The notes: a model not told the origin generated them from the letters alone. DNA of 64,000 nt from an uncultured Verrucomicrobiae bacterium (GCA_963764165.1 CAVXRD010000002.1:2912001-2976000); one strand, 5' to 3'. Positions 1-9,947 are shown, numbered from the stretch's first letter. Numbers and translations: made by a program.

Positions 1-90
1 TGAACCGCGCCACATTGCTAAAAAAACGCCGCGCCTTCGGACTGAGGACGTGAGGCAGGGTGGTGGGTGGACTTCGTTTATCCCTTTTCC
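1..90 (+). ncRNA. ssrS: Possible 3' part of 6S RNA (truncated by window edge)
   Basis: Non-coding stretch starting TGAACC (resembles a conserved 6S motif), directly upstream of a rarA start remnant and the rarA-ygfA-rny cluster, a known ssrS neighbourhood. The structure cannot be verified. Confidence 0.3.
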
Positions 91-149
91 GTGACGGGCA
101 AAGATCTGTTCTCCGACGCGCCGGCGCCGCCTGACGAAAAAAGCGCAGG
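91..149 (+). repeat. 59-bp direct repeat of the rarA 5' end (second copy 1026-1084)
   Basis: gtgacgggcaaagatctgttctccgacgcgccggcgccgcctgacgaaaaaagcgcagg matches 1026-1084 with 3 mismatches; it reads VTGKDLFSDAPAPPDEKSAG and then stops shortly after. Confidence 0.9.
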
Positions 150-186
150 ATTAGTGCGAGGGGCTACGCGTGAATAATGCCTCAGC

Positions 187-214
187 CCGGACGCCTCGGC
201 GAGGCATCCCTACC
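187..214. repeat. Single REP-like palindrome (GGTAGGGACGCCTCGCCGAGGCGTCCGG family)
   Basis: ccggacgcctcggcgaggcatccctacc. Confidence 0.85.
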
Positions 215-938
215 TGGCTTCGCCATTGCCACCTTTTCCGCCATCCATTGAGGCCATGAACAACGCCAGTTGTTCGTCGTGGCACTTGGCGCAAATGCCG
301 TGCGTAAACCTCGCCTCCGAACGCGATTGGATATATGCCTCGACCTGCTGCCAGTAACCCGAGTCGTTGCGGACTTGTTTGCAATAGGAGCAAATCGGCA
401 GAAGGCCGGAAAGCGTTTTGACATTCTTCAACGCTTCCGCGAGCCGGGCGCAGGACTCGCGATATTCAAATTGCAGCATCACCATGCGCGACAGCCGCGT
501 CAGCGCCTCGGCCTGCTCCAGCGACAACCGGCGCGGCTTGTGATCAATCACACACACTGAGCCAAGACCAAAGCCATCACTCGTTTGCAGCGGCGCGCCC
601 GCGTAAAAACGAATGCCCGGATTATTAACCACCAGCGGATTATCGCGAAACCGTTCGTCACGCGTAGCGTCCTCGACGATGAGCATGTCGGACTGAAGAA
701 TTGTGTAAGCGCAGAAAGCCTGGTCGCGCGGAGTCTCGGACGCCGTCAGGCCGACCTGGGATTTGAACCATTGCCGATTCTCGTCCACCAGCGTCACTGT
801 GGCGATGGGAGTCTGGCAGATGAAAGCGGCGAGCTTGGTGATATCGTCAAATGACCGCTCTGGAGCGGTATCAAGAATATGATATTTCCGCAAAGCCTCA
901 AGCCGTTCGTTTTCGTTAGCGGGAAGTGGCGCCGTCAT
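210..938 (-). CDS. GAF-domain protein with C-terminal Cys-rich domain
   Basis: NENERLEALRKYHILDT...RFYAGAPL...GSVCVID GAF signature; C-terminal LPICSYCK...FTHGICAKC. Start placed at MTAPLP. Confidence 0.85.
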   Translation of the reverse strand: MTAPLPANENERLEALRKYHILDTAPERSFDDITKLAAFICQTPIATVTLVDENRQWFKSQVGLTASETPRDQAFCAYTILQSDMLIVEDATRDERFRDNPLVVNNPGIRFYAGAPLQTSDGFGLGSVCVIDHKPRRLSLEQAEALTRLSRMVMLQFEYRESCARLAEALKNVKTLSGLLPICSYCKQVRNDSGYWQQVEAYIQSRSEARFTHGICAKCHDEQLALFMASMDGGKGGNGEAR

Positions 939-1025
939 CGCGCGAATATCGCCTATGAGTGACACCAAGGCAAGCTGGGCATGCTTCGGACTGGTGCGGT
1001 GGTGGATTTCGATTATGATTTGTTT

Positions 1026-2393
1026 GTGACGGGCAAAGATCTGTTTTCCAACGCGCCGGCGCCGCCTGACGAACAAAGCGCAGGGGCCGGGCATCAGAGT
1101 TATGCCGCACAACCGCTCGCCGCCCGGATGCGGCCTCGCAATCTTGACGAATTCGCGGGGCAAAAGCATATCCTCGCCAAGGGGCTCTTGCTGCGCCGCG
1201 CCATCGAGGCGGACCGCATTCAATCGCTGATTTTTTACGGGCCGCCGGGAACCGGCAAAACGTCGCTGGCGCAAATCATTGCCAGGCAAACCAAAAGCAA
1301 ATTCGACCGTCTCAGCGGCGTCGAATCCAACGTTGCCGATATGCGGCGCGTGCTGGCCGCCGCCTCCAACCGGCTCGAAAACACGGGGCAATCGACCATT
1401 TTATTTATCGACGAAATCCACCGATTCAACAAGGCGCAACAGGATGTCTTGCTGCCGGATGTCGAAAGCGGCGTCGTTCGCTTAATTGGCGCAACGACGC
1501 ACAATCCGTTTTTCTTCGTCAATTCGCCGCTCGTTTCGCGCTCGCAAATCTTCGAGCTTCAGGCGCTCACCGAGGATGATTTGCTGGAGCTGCTGCATCG
1601 CGCGCTTGGTGACACGGAGCGAGGCCTTGGGAATTTCAAAATCCAGGCGGACGAAGATGCGCTCCGGCACCTCGCCAAGGTGGCGGATGGCGACGCCCGG
1701 AAATCGCTGAACTCGCTTGAAATCGCCGCCCTCACCACGCCGCCGGGCGCGGATGGGATTATTCATATTGACATGGCCGCGGCCGAGCAGTGCATCCAGA
1801 AGAAGGCGGTGGTTTACGACGCGGATGGCGATGCGCATTATGACACGATTTCCGCCTTCATCAAATCCATGCGCGGGGCCGATGTCGATGCCGCGCTTTA
1901 TTGGCTCGCGAAAATGATCCACGCTGGGGAAGATCCGCGCTTCATCACGCGCCGCATTGTGATTTGCGCGGCGGAGGATGTCGGACTGGCGGATCCGATG
2001 GCATTGGTGCTGGCGACTGCGGCTAATGAGGCGGCGGAATTTGTCGGCTGGCCGGAAGCCCGCATTCCGATTGCGGAAGCGACGATTTACATCGCGACCG
2101 CGAACAAGAGCAACAGCGCCATGGTGGCGATTGACTCGGCGCTGAGCGATGTCCGCTCCGGGCGCACGCTCGCCGTGCCGAACGCGCTGCGCGACGCGCA
2201 TTATAAGAGCGCGGCAAAGCTTGGCCACGGTGTCGATTATAAATATGCGCACGATTTTCCCGAGCACTTCGTGGCCCAGGATTATCTGGGCGCGGCGCGG
2301 CGCTACTACGAACCCACCGATCAAGGATCGGAGAAGAAAATCAAGGAGCGCATCGAAAAGTGGCGGGCTGAAATCGAAGCGTTGCGCAAATGA
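1026..2393 (+). CDS. rarA: Replication-associated recombination protein A (MgsA/RarA AAA+ ATPase)
   Basis: PLAARMRP, Walker A GPPGTGKT, Walker B LFIDEIHRF, HYDTISAFIKSMRG, EDVGLADP. GTG start. Confidence 0.95.
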   Translation: MTGKDLFSNAPAPPDEQSAGAGHQSYAAQPLAARMRPRNLDEFAGQKHILAKGLLLRRAIEADRIQSLIFYGPPGTGKTSLAQIIARQTKSKFDRLSGVESNVADMRRVLAAASNRLENTGQSTILFIDEIHRFNKAQQDVLLPDVESGVVRLIGATTHNPFFFVNSPLVSRSQIFELQALTEDDLLELLHRALGDTERGLGNFKIQADEDALRHLAKVADGDARKSLNSLEIAALTTPPGADGIIHIDMAAAEQCIQKKAVVYDADGDAHYDTISAFIKSMRGADVDAALYWLAKMIHAGEDPRFITRRIVICAAEDVGLADPMALVLATAANEAAEFVGWPEARIPIAEATIYIATANKSNSAMVAIDSALSDVRSGRTLAVPNALRDAHYKSAAKLGHGVDYKYAHDFPEHFVAQDYLGAARRYYEPTDQGSEKKIKERIEKWRAEIEALRK

Positions 2394-2971
2394 ATCCCGA
2401 GGCCGCTCCTGACAAAGCCGGATGGCGCCGCCAATTCCGCGGAATCCTCAAAAGCATCGCGCCAGCCCAGCGGGAGGAAGACTCCATCCGCGCAGGCCAA
2501 TTGCTGCGCAAGCAAGAAATTTGGCGGAACGCCCGCGCGATTTTATTTTACGCGGCGCTTCCTGGAGAGTTAGACTTGACGCCATTGATTCCCGAAGCGC
2601 TTCAATCCGGTCAAGTCGTCGCTCTGCCGCGCTTTGTCCCAGCCACCGGAGCTTACGAGGCAGTTCTCATTGCGGCCTACGAGACGGATTGCGCCGCTGG
2701 CCAATTCGGCATTGCCGAGCCTGGGGCGCATTGCGAAGCCATCGCGTTGAATCGGCTGGACTTGGCGCTGACGCCGGGATTAGGATTCGATTTGTCTGGA
2801 CGCCGGCTCGGCCGGGGCCAAGGGTTCTACGACCGGTTGCTGGCTGAAATTGCAGGTGTCAAATGCGGAGTCGCCTTCGACCCACAAGTCGTGGCGCATC
2901 TTCCCGCGGAAGGACACGATATTACGATGAACTTTATTTTGACGCCGACGCGCTGGCTCGAAGTTTCCTGA
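2390..2971 (+). CDS. ygfA: 5-formyltetrahydrofolate cyclo-ligase
   Basis: PGLGFDLSGRRLGRGQGFYDRLL and FGIAEP motifs; overlaps the rarA stop. Confidence 0.92.
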   Translation: MNPEAAPDKAGWRRQFRGILKSIAPAQREEDSIRAGQLLRKQEIWRNARAILFYAALPGELDLTPLIPEALQSGQVVALPRFVPATGAYEAVLIAAYETDCAAGQFGIAEPGAHCEAIALNRLDLALTPGLGFDLSGRRLGRGQGFYDRLLAEIAGVKCGVAFDPQVVAHLPAEGHDITMNFILTPTRWLEVS

Positions 2972-2989
2972 CCGATTGTCCGTTAACTC

Positions 2990-4561
2990 ATGAATTTCAC
3001 GTCAAACACTGGCATCGCCGTCATGATCGCCGCTGGCACGGTCGTCGGCATCGTTATCGGTTACTTGATCCATGTTTTTCGTGATCGCGCCCTCCGCATC
3101 GGAATTCAAAACGAGAAAAAAGAAATATTGGAGAAAGCCCGGCTTGAGGCGGAATCTTTGGCCCGTGACGCGCGGCTGAAGGCCAACGAAGACTCCCTTA
3201 AACTGCGGACAGACGTCGAACAAATGGCAGCCACACGGCAAAAGGAGCTTTCCGCCGTGGAACAGCGATTGGTGGTGCGGGAGGAGCTCGTCAATCGCCA
3301 ATTGGAAAACCTCGTGCGCGAGGAAAAAGTGCTCCGCGCCGACCGCGACGCGCTGGCCGCCAAAACCGCCGAGGCCGAAGCCCAGCGCAAATTGGCGGAC
3401 GAATTGGTGGTCCAGCGCCGGGCCGAGCTGGCCGAAGTCTCCAAGCTCAGCGGGGCCGAGGTGCGGGCGGCCTTTCTCAAGCAAATCGAGCAGGAAAGCA
3501 TGCGGGACGCGATGCATCTCTCCCAGCACATCATGGACGACGCCAAGGCGCGGGCGGAGGAGCAGGCGCGCAAGATCGTGAGCCTGGCCATTCAGCGTTA
3601 CGGCGGCCACCACAGTTTTGAAACCTCGACCGCGACTGTCAACATCAAGGGCGAGGAAATGAAGGGCCGCATCATCGGCCGCGAAGGGCGCAACATCCGC
3701 GCCTTCGAAGCCGCCACGGGCGTGACGGTATTGATCGATGACACTCCCGGCGCGGTGGTGCTTTCCGGCTTCGACCCCGTCCGCCGCCAGATTGCCCGCG
3801 AAGCGATGGAGCGCCTTATACTTGACGGCAGAATTCATCCGTCGCGCATCGAGGAAGTGGTGGCCAACGTCACCCAGGAAATGGATCTGGCCATTCAAAA
3901 CGCGGGCGAGGAAGCGGTGATGAAACTTGGCCTGGCCCCAATGCACTCCGAGTTAATCAAGCTGCTGGGCCGCCTGCATTTCCGCCATAGTTTTGCCCAA
4001 AACATTCTGGCCCACTCAGTCGAAGTCGCGCAATTGATGGCGCTGATGGCGGCGGAATTGCGCCTTGATGTGGCTGCGGCCAAGCGCTCCGGCCTGCTTC
4101 ACGACATTGGCAAGGCTGTCAATCACGAGATCGAAGGCGCCCACGCGATTGTCGGCGCGGAAATCGCCAAGCGATATGGCGAAGCCGATGAGATCGTCAA
4201 CGCCATCGCCTCGCACCACGGGGAAGTGCCGCATGTGGGGCCGTTCGGAATTTTGGTCAGCGCGGCCGACGCCATCAGCGCCTCGCGGCCGGGCGCCCGC
4301 TCCGAGACAGTGATGACTTACATCAAGCGCGTCGAAGATTTGGAGCGCATCGGCACTTCATTCCCTGGAGTTGAGAAATGTTACGCGCTTCAGGCAGGTC
4401 GCGAGTTGAGAATCATGGTGGAGCCCGGACAGATCACGGATGAGCAATGCTACATGCTGGCCCGGAACATCGCCCGCAAAATTGAGGAAGAGCTTCAGTA
4501 TCCCGGCCAGATTCGGGTCACGGTCATGCGCGAAACCCGCTGCGTGGAATTTGCGAAGTGA
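2990..4561 (+). CDS. rny: Ribonuclease Y
   Basis: N-terminal TM, coiled coil, KH domain KGRIIGREGRNIR, HD domain LLHDIGK, AADAISASRPGAR, QYPGQIRVTVMRE. Confidence 0.96.
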   Translation: MNFTSNTGIAVMIAAGTVVGIVIGYLIHVFRDRALRIGIQNEKKEILEKARLEAESLARDARLKANEDSLKLRTDVEQMAATRQKELSAVEQRLVVREELVNRQLENLVREEKVLRADRDALAAKTAEAEAQRKLADELVVQRRAELAEVSKLSGAEVRAAFLKQIEQESMRDAMHLSQHIMDDAKARAEEQARKIVSLAIQRYGGHHSFETSTATVNIKGEEMKGRIIGREGRNIRAFEAATGVTVLIDDTPGAVVLSGFDPVRRQIAREAMERLILDGRIHPSRIEEVVANVTQEMDLAIQNAGEEAVMKLGLAPMHSELIKLLGRLHFRHSFAQNILAHSVEVAQLMALMAAELRLDVAAAKRSGLLHDIGKAVNHEIEGAHAIVGAEIAKRYGEADEIVNAIASHHGEVPHVGPFGILVSAADAISASRPGARSETVMTYIKRVEDLERIGTSFPGVEKCYALQAGRELRIMVEPGQITDEQCYMLARNIARKIEEELQYPGQIRVTVMRETRCVEFAK

Positions 4562-4609
4562 GGCAGGGCCGGGACGCCTCGCCTGGTCGTCCTGCCTGCA
4601 GAGCGGTCA

Positions 4610-5539
4610 TCAGGAAAATTCTATTCCACTCGATTTGAAGCCGAAATTTTCTTCCTCCGGCCCCATCACCATCGTCTTCATTCCGGGCCGCAAATTTTGA
4701 ATCGCTTCGTGGCCGTTCGGGCCAAGAACAAGCAGCGCGGTGGAAAGGGCGTCCGTCTCGGTGGCCGAGGGCAGCACGACCGCCGCCTGAATCGCATTAT
4801 TGACAGGCCAGCCGGTTCGCGGATCGATGACGTGGCCAAATTTTCTTCCATCAGCCTCAAACGATTTCCCCCAGACCGCGGAAACCGAAAGCGCGGCGTC
4901 GCGCAGAGTCACAGTGGCGGCGCCTTCGGTTTGATTTTGCCGGCGCGGAATGGCGATCTTCCACCCATCCGCCCCCGGCGGGGAGCCGATGCCGTAAACT
5001 GTGCTCGTTCCCCCATGCAGCAGGGCACACGTCACCCCCGCTTCGCGCAAAAGTTCCACCGCGCAATCCACCGCGCAGCCTTTCCCAATCGCCCCCAAAT
5101 CGACCATCACGCCTTCGCGATCAAATCGAACGCTGTAATTGTTTGCGTCAAGTAGAACATGCGGCATGCCGGAAGCGGCCCGTGCGTCTTCAATTTCATC
5201 GGCCCTCGGCATTCGACCCGAGCCGTGCATGAATCCCCAGCATCGCACCAGCGGGGCGACGGTGATGTCGAACGCACCGCCGCTTTCCCTCTGCAATCGC
5301 TGCGCGAGTTGGAGTAATTCAAATACGGACGGACTCACCCGCACCGGTTCGCGGGCGGCTGAAGCATTGACACGCGCGATTTCGCTGGCCGGGCGGTAAA
5401 GGCTCAGTTGCGCCTCGAGGCGCTCAATTTCGCGCAGCGCCTCCTCGCCAGCGCCGCGCAGGCGCGTCGAATCGCCACCCGGCAAGACCAGCTCGAAGCG
5501 AGTGGCCATGGCGTTCACAGCGAGGCGAACCGGATTCAT
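4610..5539 (-). CDS. apbE: FAD:protein FMN transferase (ApbE family)
   Basis: AMAT, GAFDITVAPL, DLGAIGKG, HVIDPRTG, DALSTAL. Confidence 0.88.
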   Translation of the reverse strand: MNPVRLAVNAMATRFELVLPGGDSTRLRGAGEEALREIERLEAQLSLYRPASEIARVNASAAREPVRVSPSVFELLQLAQRLQRESGGAFDITVAPLVRCWGFMHGSGRMPRADEIEDARAASGMPHVLLDANNYSVRFDREGVMVDLGAIGKGCAVDCAVELLREAGVTCALLHGGTSTVYGIGSPPGADGWKIAIPRRQNQTEGAATVTLRDAALSVSAVWGKSFEADGRKFGHVIDPRTGWPVNNAIQAAVVLPSATETDALSTALLVLGPNGHEAIQNLRPGMKTMVMGPEEENFGFKSSGIEFS

Positions 5540-6153
5540 TTTCGAAAACAAGTGGAAAGCGCATACAGCCCGAAAGCCACAATGATCGCGCCTGAAAAAC
5601 GGTTCACCGCCTGCATCCATGCGGCGTCGATGCGCGCGCGAAAAAGAGAAACCGCCCCGCTCAGAAACAGCCACCACAGAGCGGAGCCGAGGAAAACTCC
5701 CGCCACCAGCATCACAGCGCTCAGATAATCCGGCGAAGCGCCCAGACCAAATCCCGCAAAGATCGCCACGAACGAAAGAATGGTCATCGGGTTTGTGGCC
5801 GTGAGAAAAAATGTCGAGAAATACGCGGAAAGCAAACCGGCGCCCTTGGCTTCGGCTGGCTTATCGGCGGGTTTGCTGCGAAAGGTTTGAATCCCAAGCC
5901 AGCAGAGAAATAATCCGCCGATCAAGCCAAGCCACATTTTCTGTCCGACCAGAAAACTAGATATGACGGTAAGCCCAAATCCCGCCACGCCTCCATAAGC
6001 CGCATCCGCCGTTGCCGCCCCTAATCCCGTAGCGAGGCCCGCTCTTGCGCCATCCGCCAGCGTGCGGCGAATGCACAAAACACCAATCGGCCCAACCGGC
6101 GCAGCAATCGAAAGTCCGATGACGCCGCCTTTGAATAGGAAGTTGAGATTCAT
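5536..6153 (-). CDS. LysE family translocator
   Basis: IAAPVGPIG, GAATADA, LTATNP motifs; about 6 TM segments. Confidence 0.88.
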   Translation of the reverse strand: MNLNFLFKGGVIGLSIAAPVGPIGVLCIRRTLADGARAGLATGLGAATADAAYGGVAGFGLTVISSFLVGQKMWLGLIGGLFLCWLGIQTFRSKPADKPAEAKGAGLLSAYFSTFFLTATNPMTILSFVAIFAGFGLGASPDYLSAVMLVAGVFLGSALWWLFLSGAVSLFRARIDAAWMQAVNRFSGAIIVAFGLYALSTCFRK

Positions 6154-6168
6154 ATGACTGTGGCTTTG

Positions 6169-6275
6169 GGAGCGCACGCGCCCCGCGTGCAGACAATCGG
6201 CGCCCTCGCCGATTGCCCCTTTTGGGATGTGGCTGGCGAGGCGCCAACCACGGCATGAGAGGGCGCGTGTGCTCC
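6169..6275. repeat. Palindromic interspersed repeat (GGAGCGCACGCGCCC family)
   Basis: 15-bp terminal inverted repeat ggagcgcacgcgccc / gggcgcgtgtgctcc (1 mismatch) with an internal hairpin. Confidence 0.7.
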
Positions 6276-6309
6276 TCTGCATTGTAATCTCAAGCGCATC
6301 GCAAATTCG

Positions 6310-7194
6310 TCACGCCACAAAACGCGGCTCGTAGACCGGGCCGAGATTGTGCTTGCGGAGAAGTTCCACAAATTTGGCCAGCCCTCGCCGCTCGTCCGTG
6401 GCGAGATGATAATGAATGTGCCAGGTCAGGTAATCCTTGCGGAACTCGTAATCAAAATCCGTCCGGCTGTGGATAATGTAGTCGAGTGTATCCAGGCCGA
6501 AGCTCTTTGCCTCGCGCAACCGGCGGCGCAGCGGTTCATTCGGAATCCGGCGCAGCGCCCAGACGGCGAACACAAACGGCAATTTCGTCAATTCGTACCA
6601 GGCGGCGCCCAAATCCCATATCTCGTGCGCATGCTCCGAGCGCAAAAATTCAATCGCCGGGTCGCCGATCAAAAGAATGTTGTCAAGCGAATGCGCGGAC
6701 TTGTAATCCGGCAGCGGGCGCAATTCGGGATTCCAGCCGTTTTCCGCCAGGAGCACTTTCAGCAGGTTCAAGCTCGAAAGCGTCGCGGTGTCGCAATAAA
6801 TTTCGCGAATCTCCGCCAGCGGCTGGCGGTGGGCCAGGAAAACGCTCTTCACTTCGCCCAGCGAGGCCACCGCCACACCGTCAAGTATATCGTAGCGATC
6901 ATTGAGCAGCGCCTCGGTGACGCTGAGAAGCGCGGCGTCCAATTGATCGTTGCGCAGCATCTTCGCCAGTTCGGATGGCGGCGCGAAAATAATTTGATCC
7001 TCCAGCCCGCGCGTGAGCGGAACGGCGTTGAGATACGGGACGGAGCCGACTTTGAATCCGCCGAGCCCTTCCTCCAGGCTTGACTCGCGCTGGAGCAGGA
7101 CGGGCCGCGTTTCGCGCTCGAAACGATGCGCCAATTCCTCCGGCGTCTCGGTTCGGGCGAGCCGCAATTTCGGTGATGGATCCGAGGGTTGCAT
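6310..7194 (-). CDS. mqnA: Chorismate dehydratase, futalosine pathway (MqnA family)
   Basis: VPYLNAVPL, LLIGDPA, DLGAAWYELTKLPFVFAVW; downstream of an mqnE-like gene. Confidence 0.88.
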   Translation of the reverse strand: MQPSDPSPKLRLARTETPEELAHRFERETRPVLLQRESSLEEGLGGFKVGSVPYLNAVPLTRGLEDQIIFAPPSELAKMLRNDQLDAALLSVTEALLNDRYDILDGVAVASLGEVKSVFLAHRQPLAEIREIYCDTATLSSLNLLKVLLAENGWNPELRPLPDYKSAHSLDNILLIGDPAIEFLRSEHAHEIWDLGAAWYELTKLPFVFAVWALRRIPNEPLRRRLREAKSFGLDTLDYIIHSRTDFDYEFRKDYLTWHIHYHLATDERRGLAKFVELLRKHNLGPVYEPRFVA

Positions 7195-7202
7195 GGCCGC
7201 GA

Positions 7203-8360
7203 TTACGCCGGGACGAGAGTCGTTTCGGCGGCGGGCTGGGGCGGATTGTTTGTCGCGGGCGATTCGTCCCACACTTTGACGGGCTCGTAAAATGTGTTGC
7301 GCTGGACGGGAACGCGGCCGGTTTCGCGAATCGCTTTCACCATGTCGACTTCCGTTTGCAATTGCGGCGTGCGCGCGCCCGCCATGTGGAAAATGTGCTC
7401 CTCCATGATCGTGCCGTGAAGATCATCCGCGCCGTAATTGAGGGCAACCTGCGCCAGCTTCATGCCGAGGCCAATCCAATAGGCGGTAATGTGGTCGAAA
7501 TTGTCGAGGTAAAGCCGGCTCACCGCAATCGTGCGCAACGAATCAAATCCCGTGGGCGGAACTTTCACGGGAATCTCGTTGTTCTCCGGCTGATACGCCA
7601 GCGGCACGAATCCGACGAAGCCGTGCGTCTCATCCTGCAATTCGCGCAATCGCCGCAAATGATCCACGCGATCCGCCAGCGTTTCGACGTGGCCGTAAAG
7701 CATCGTGCAAGTGCTGCGCCCGCCCATTTTGTGCCAGATGCGGTGAACATCGAGATATTCCTCGGCCGATTCCTTGCCCTTGGCAATGCGCGAACGCACT
7801 TCCTGGCGGAAAATTTCCGCGCCGCCGCCCGTCAACGATGCAAGCCCCGCCTCTTTCAATTCGCGCAACGTGTCTGCGACGGATCTTTTCCCGATCCACG
7901 CCAAATGCAAAATTTCTATGGCTGTAAAACATTTCAATTGCAGCCGCGCATCCACCGCTCTCAGCGCGCGCAGCATATCCGTGTAATAACTGAACGGCAG
8001 CGACGGATGAAGCCCGCCAACAATGTGCAATTCCGTCACGCCGACAGCCAAAGCCTCGCGCGCCTTCCGCACAATTTCCTCCACCGTGAATTGCATTCCA
8101 TCCGCGTCGCGCTTCTTGCGCGCGAAGGCGCAGAATTGGCAGCTCAGGATGCAGTAATTGGAGTAATTGACGTAGCGATTGATGATGTAGCTGGCGCGCC
8201 CGTGGGTCTTGCGGCGGCAGGCGAGCTCCGCCAGCGCGCCGACAGCGTTCAAGTCCTTGCTTTCGAGCAGACGGAGAGCTTCGTCGTCGTTGATTCGCTC
8301 CCCGGCGGCGACCTTTTCATACAAGCCGCGCCAGGGCCCCTTTTGCAAAATAAAGTTCAC
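7203..8360 (-). CDS. mqnE: Radical SAM aminofutalosine synthase (MqnE; CofH/MqnC family)
   Basis: CxxxCxxC (CILSCQFC), ELHIVGGLHP, GGGAEIF, TMLYGHVET, HITAYW. Confidence 0.8.
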   Translation of the reverse strand: MNFILQKGPWRGLYEKVAAGERINDDEALRLLESKDLNAVGALAELACRRKTHGRASYIINRYVNYSNYCILSCQFCAFARKKRDADGMQFTVEEIVRKAREALAVGVTELHIVGGLHPSLPFSYYTDMLRALRAVDARLQLKCFTAIEILHLAWIGKRSVADTLRELKEAGLASLTGGGAEIFRQEVRSRIAKGKESAEEYLDVHRIWHKMGGRSTCTMLYGHVETLADRVDHLRRLRELQDETHGFVGFVPLAYQPENNEIPVKVPPTGFDSLRTIAVSRLYLDNFDHITAYWIGLGMKLAQVALNYGADDLHGTIMEEHIFHMAGARTPQLQTEVDMVKAIRETGRVPVQRNTFYEPVKVWDESPATNNPPQPAAETTLVPA

Positions 8361-9367
8361 GTTTTAAACCGCATGGATGGAAACACAATTTCCGTGAGAG
8401 TCACGACCAGAAACACGACGCTCAGCAGCGCGTTGAGGCGGAAGAAAGCCAGTTGAATCCAGTTCAGCCCGCGGCGCCGCGCCAGAAAATGCTCAATCAG
8501 CAGGCAGCCGAGGATGAAGACCAGGCCGGCGTCGTAGACAAAATGAAAACCCGCCATCAGCCCAAAGCCGACGAGCAATCCCCACATCAGCATGTGGCAA
8601 AGGAACGAAACGCCAAGCGCGTTGGCCACGCCCCAGCGCACAACAAGCGAATGCAAACCGTTGCGCCGGTCAAACTCGTAATCCTGCACCGCGTAAATAA
8701 TGTCGAAACCGACCAGCCAAAACACCACCGCGACCGCCAGCGCCAACGGCAAGGCGGCGCTGTATTGGAGCACGCGGAAGCCATGGCCCTCCGGGAAGAA
8801 ATGAAAATCCCCGCGCACCGCCAGCCACGCCCCGATGGGCGCGAGCGCCAGCGCGATCCCCAAAAAGACATGCGTAAAATCCGTGAACCGTTTCGTCAGC
8901 GAATAAAAACAAACGACGAGCAGAGCGACTGGCGAAAGGCAAAAACAAATTGAGTTCAGGAAAAAAGACGCCACCACCAGGCCCGCCCCGCTTGTCAAAC
9001 ATAACATCCACGCCGCCGCCAGCGAGATTTCGCCGCGCGGCAGATGGCGGGCGGCGGTCCGCGGATTGGCGCGGTCGAAATCGCGGTCGGCGATGCGGTT
9101 GAAGGACATCGCGCATGTCCGCGCGCACGTCATCGAAGCGAGGATGAGGAGGAATTTCTGAGCGCCCGGCCATCCGCGTTGGTCGCGGGCCGCGATGGCC
9201 ATCGAGGCCAGCGCGAAGGGGAGCGCGAAGACGGTGTGCGAGAGCTTTACGAATTCCGCCCAGCGCCGGACGGTGGCAAACGGGCCCGTTTCGGGTCGAG
9301 CCAACGGCTTCGCCCGCGACAGCGCTTGTTCCAGATTTTGATCCTGGCGGTCTGAGATGCTTTTCAT
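8357..9367 (-). CDS. UbiA-family prenyltransferase (MqnP-like)
   Basis: HTVFALPFA, FNRIADRDFDRANPRT, GFDIIYAVQDYEFD; in an operon with mqnE and mqnA. Confidence 0.85.
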   Translation of the reverse strand: MKSISDRQDQNLEQALSRAKPLARPETGPFATVRRWAEFVKLSHTVFALPFALASMAIAARDQRGWPGAQKFLLILASMTCARTCAMSFNRIADRDFDRANPRTAARHLPRGEISLAAAWMLCLTSGAGLVVASFFLNSICFCLSPVALLVVCFYSLTKRFTDFTHVFLGIALALAPIGAWLAVRGDFHFFPEGHGFRVLQYSAALPLALAVAVVFWLVGFDIIYAVQDYEFDRRNGLHSLVVRWGVANALGVSFLCHMLMWGLLVGFGLMAGFHFVYDAGLVFILGCLLIEHFLARRRGLNWIQLAFFRLNALLSVVFLVVTLTEIVFPSMRFKT

Positions 9368-9481
9368 TTCCCGCGCCAGCAATGTAGGCGAGAATCCGGC
9401 GGGAAGCCATGCGGTATTTGGAGGCAGGGACGTCTCGTTTGCCGCGCCGAAGCTCTAGCGAAGGCAGGCCGGGGGTCCAGT

Positions 9482-9748
9482 TCAGTTTTGCCCACTCCGC
9501 TGGCGGTAGAGGGACCGCTCGCGCGGCGTCATCCGCCCGCCGTTCTGGCCCGCATACGGATTTTCATCCGAGCCGCTCGTTGGATTATGAAATCTGGTCG
9601 AGGAAGCATCGAAGGCGGCCGGGATCACGGAGACGACTTTGCAAGCTTCATAAACGCCCGAGCCAAGCAAGGCGACGAACCCCGCGATGAACCCCCACAG
9701 AAAGACGAGGTCCGAAAAAGATTGGCGGGGCCGCTTTTGCACAACCAC
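9482..9748 (-). CDS. Small hypothetical single-TM protein
   Basis: Hydrophobic segment LVFLWGFIAGFVALLGSGVY; start uncertain because the longer ORF runs into a REP. Confidence 0.3.
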   Translation of the reverse strand: MVVQKRPRQSFSDLVFLWGFIAGFVALLGSGVYEACKVVSVIPAAFDASSTRFHNPTSGSDENPYAGQNGGRMTPRERSLYRQRSGQN

Positions 9749-9815
9749 AGCATACGCTGTTGCTTGCGATACGGCAATCCTTTCACGAAGCAGGGCAGAC
9801 GCATCTAAATTCCGA

Positions 9816-9918
9816 GGTAGGGACGCCTCGCCGGAGGCGTCCGGTTGCGCGGGAATAATGCCACGGCTTGGGCGTGACGAATGCCTCACTCCGGACGCCT
9901 CGGCGAGGCGTCCCTACC
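9816..9918. repeat. REP doublet (REPIN-like)
   Basis: ggtagggacgcctcgccggaggcgtccgg ... ccggacgcctcggcgaggcgtccctacc inverted pair. Confidence 0.9.
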
Positions 9919-9920
9919 CA

Positions 9921-9947
9921 TCAACGAGCGGGTCGCTCGTTGATTTT
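9921..9947 (+). terminator. Hairpin, intrinsic terminator-like
   Basis: Perfect 10-bp stem tcaacgagcg-ggt-cgctcgttga followed by tttt. Confidence 0.4.

Noticed and set aside
939..1391. N-terminal extension of the GAF ORF (393 aa in the track)
   Set aside because: It is the antisense shadow of rarA; GAF homology begins at MTAPLP (938).
7080..8456. 458-aa plus-strand ORF
   Set aside because: Antisense shadow of mqnE, typical of high-GC DNA.
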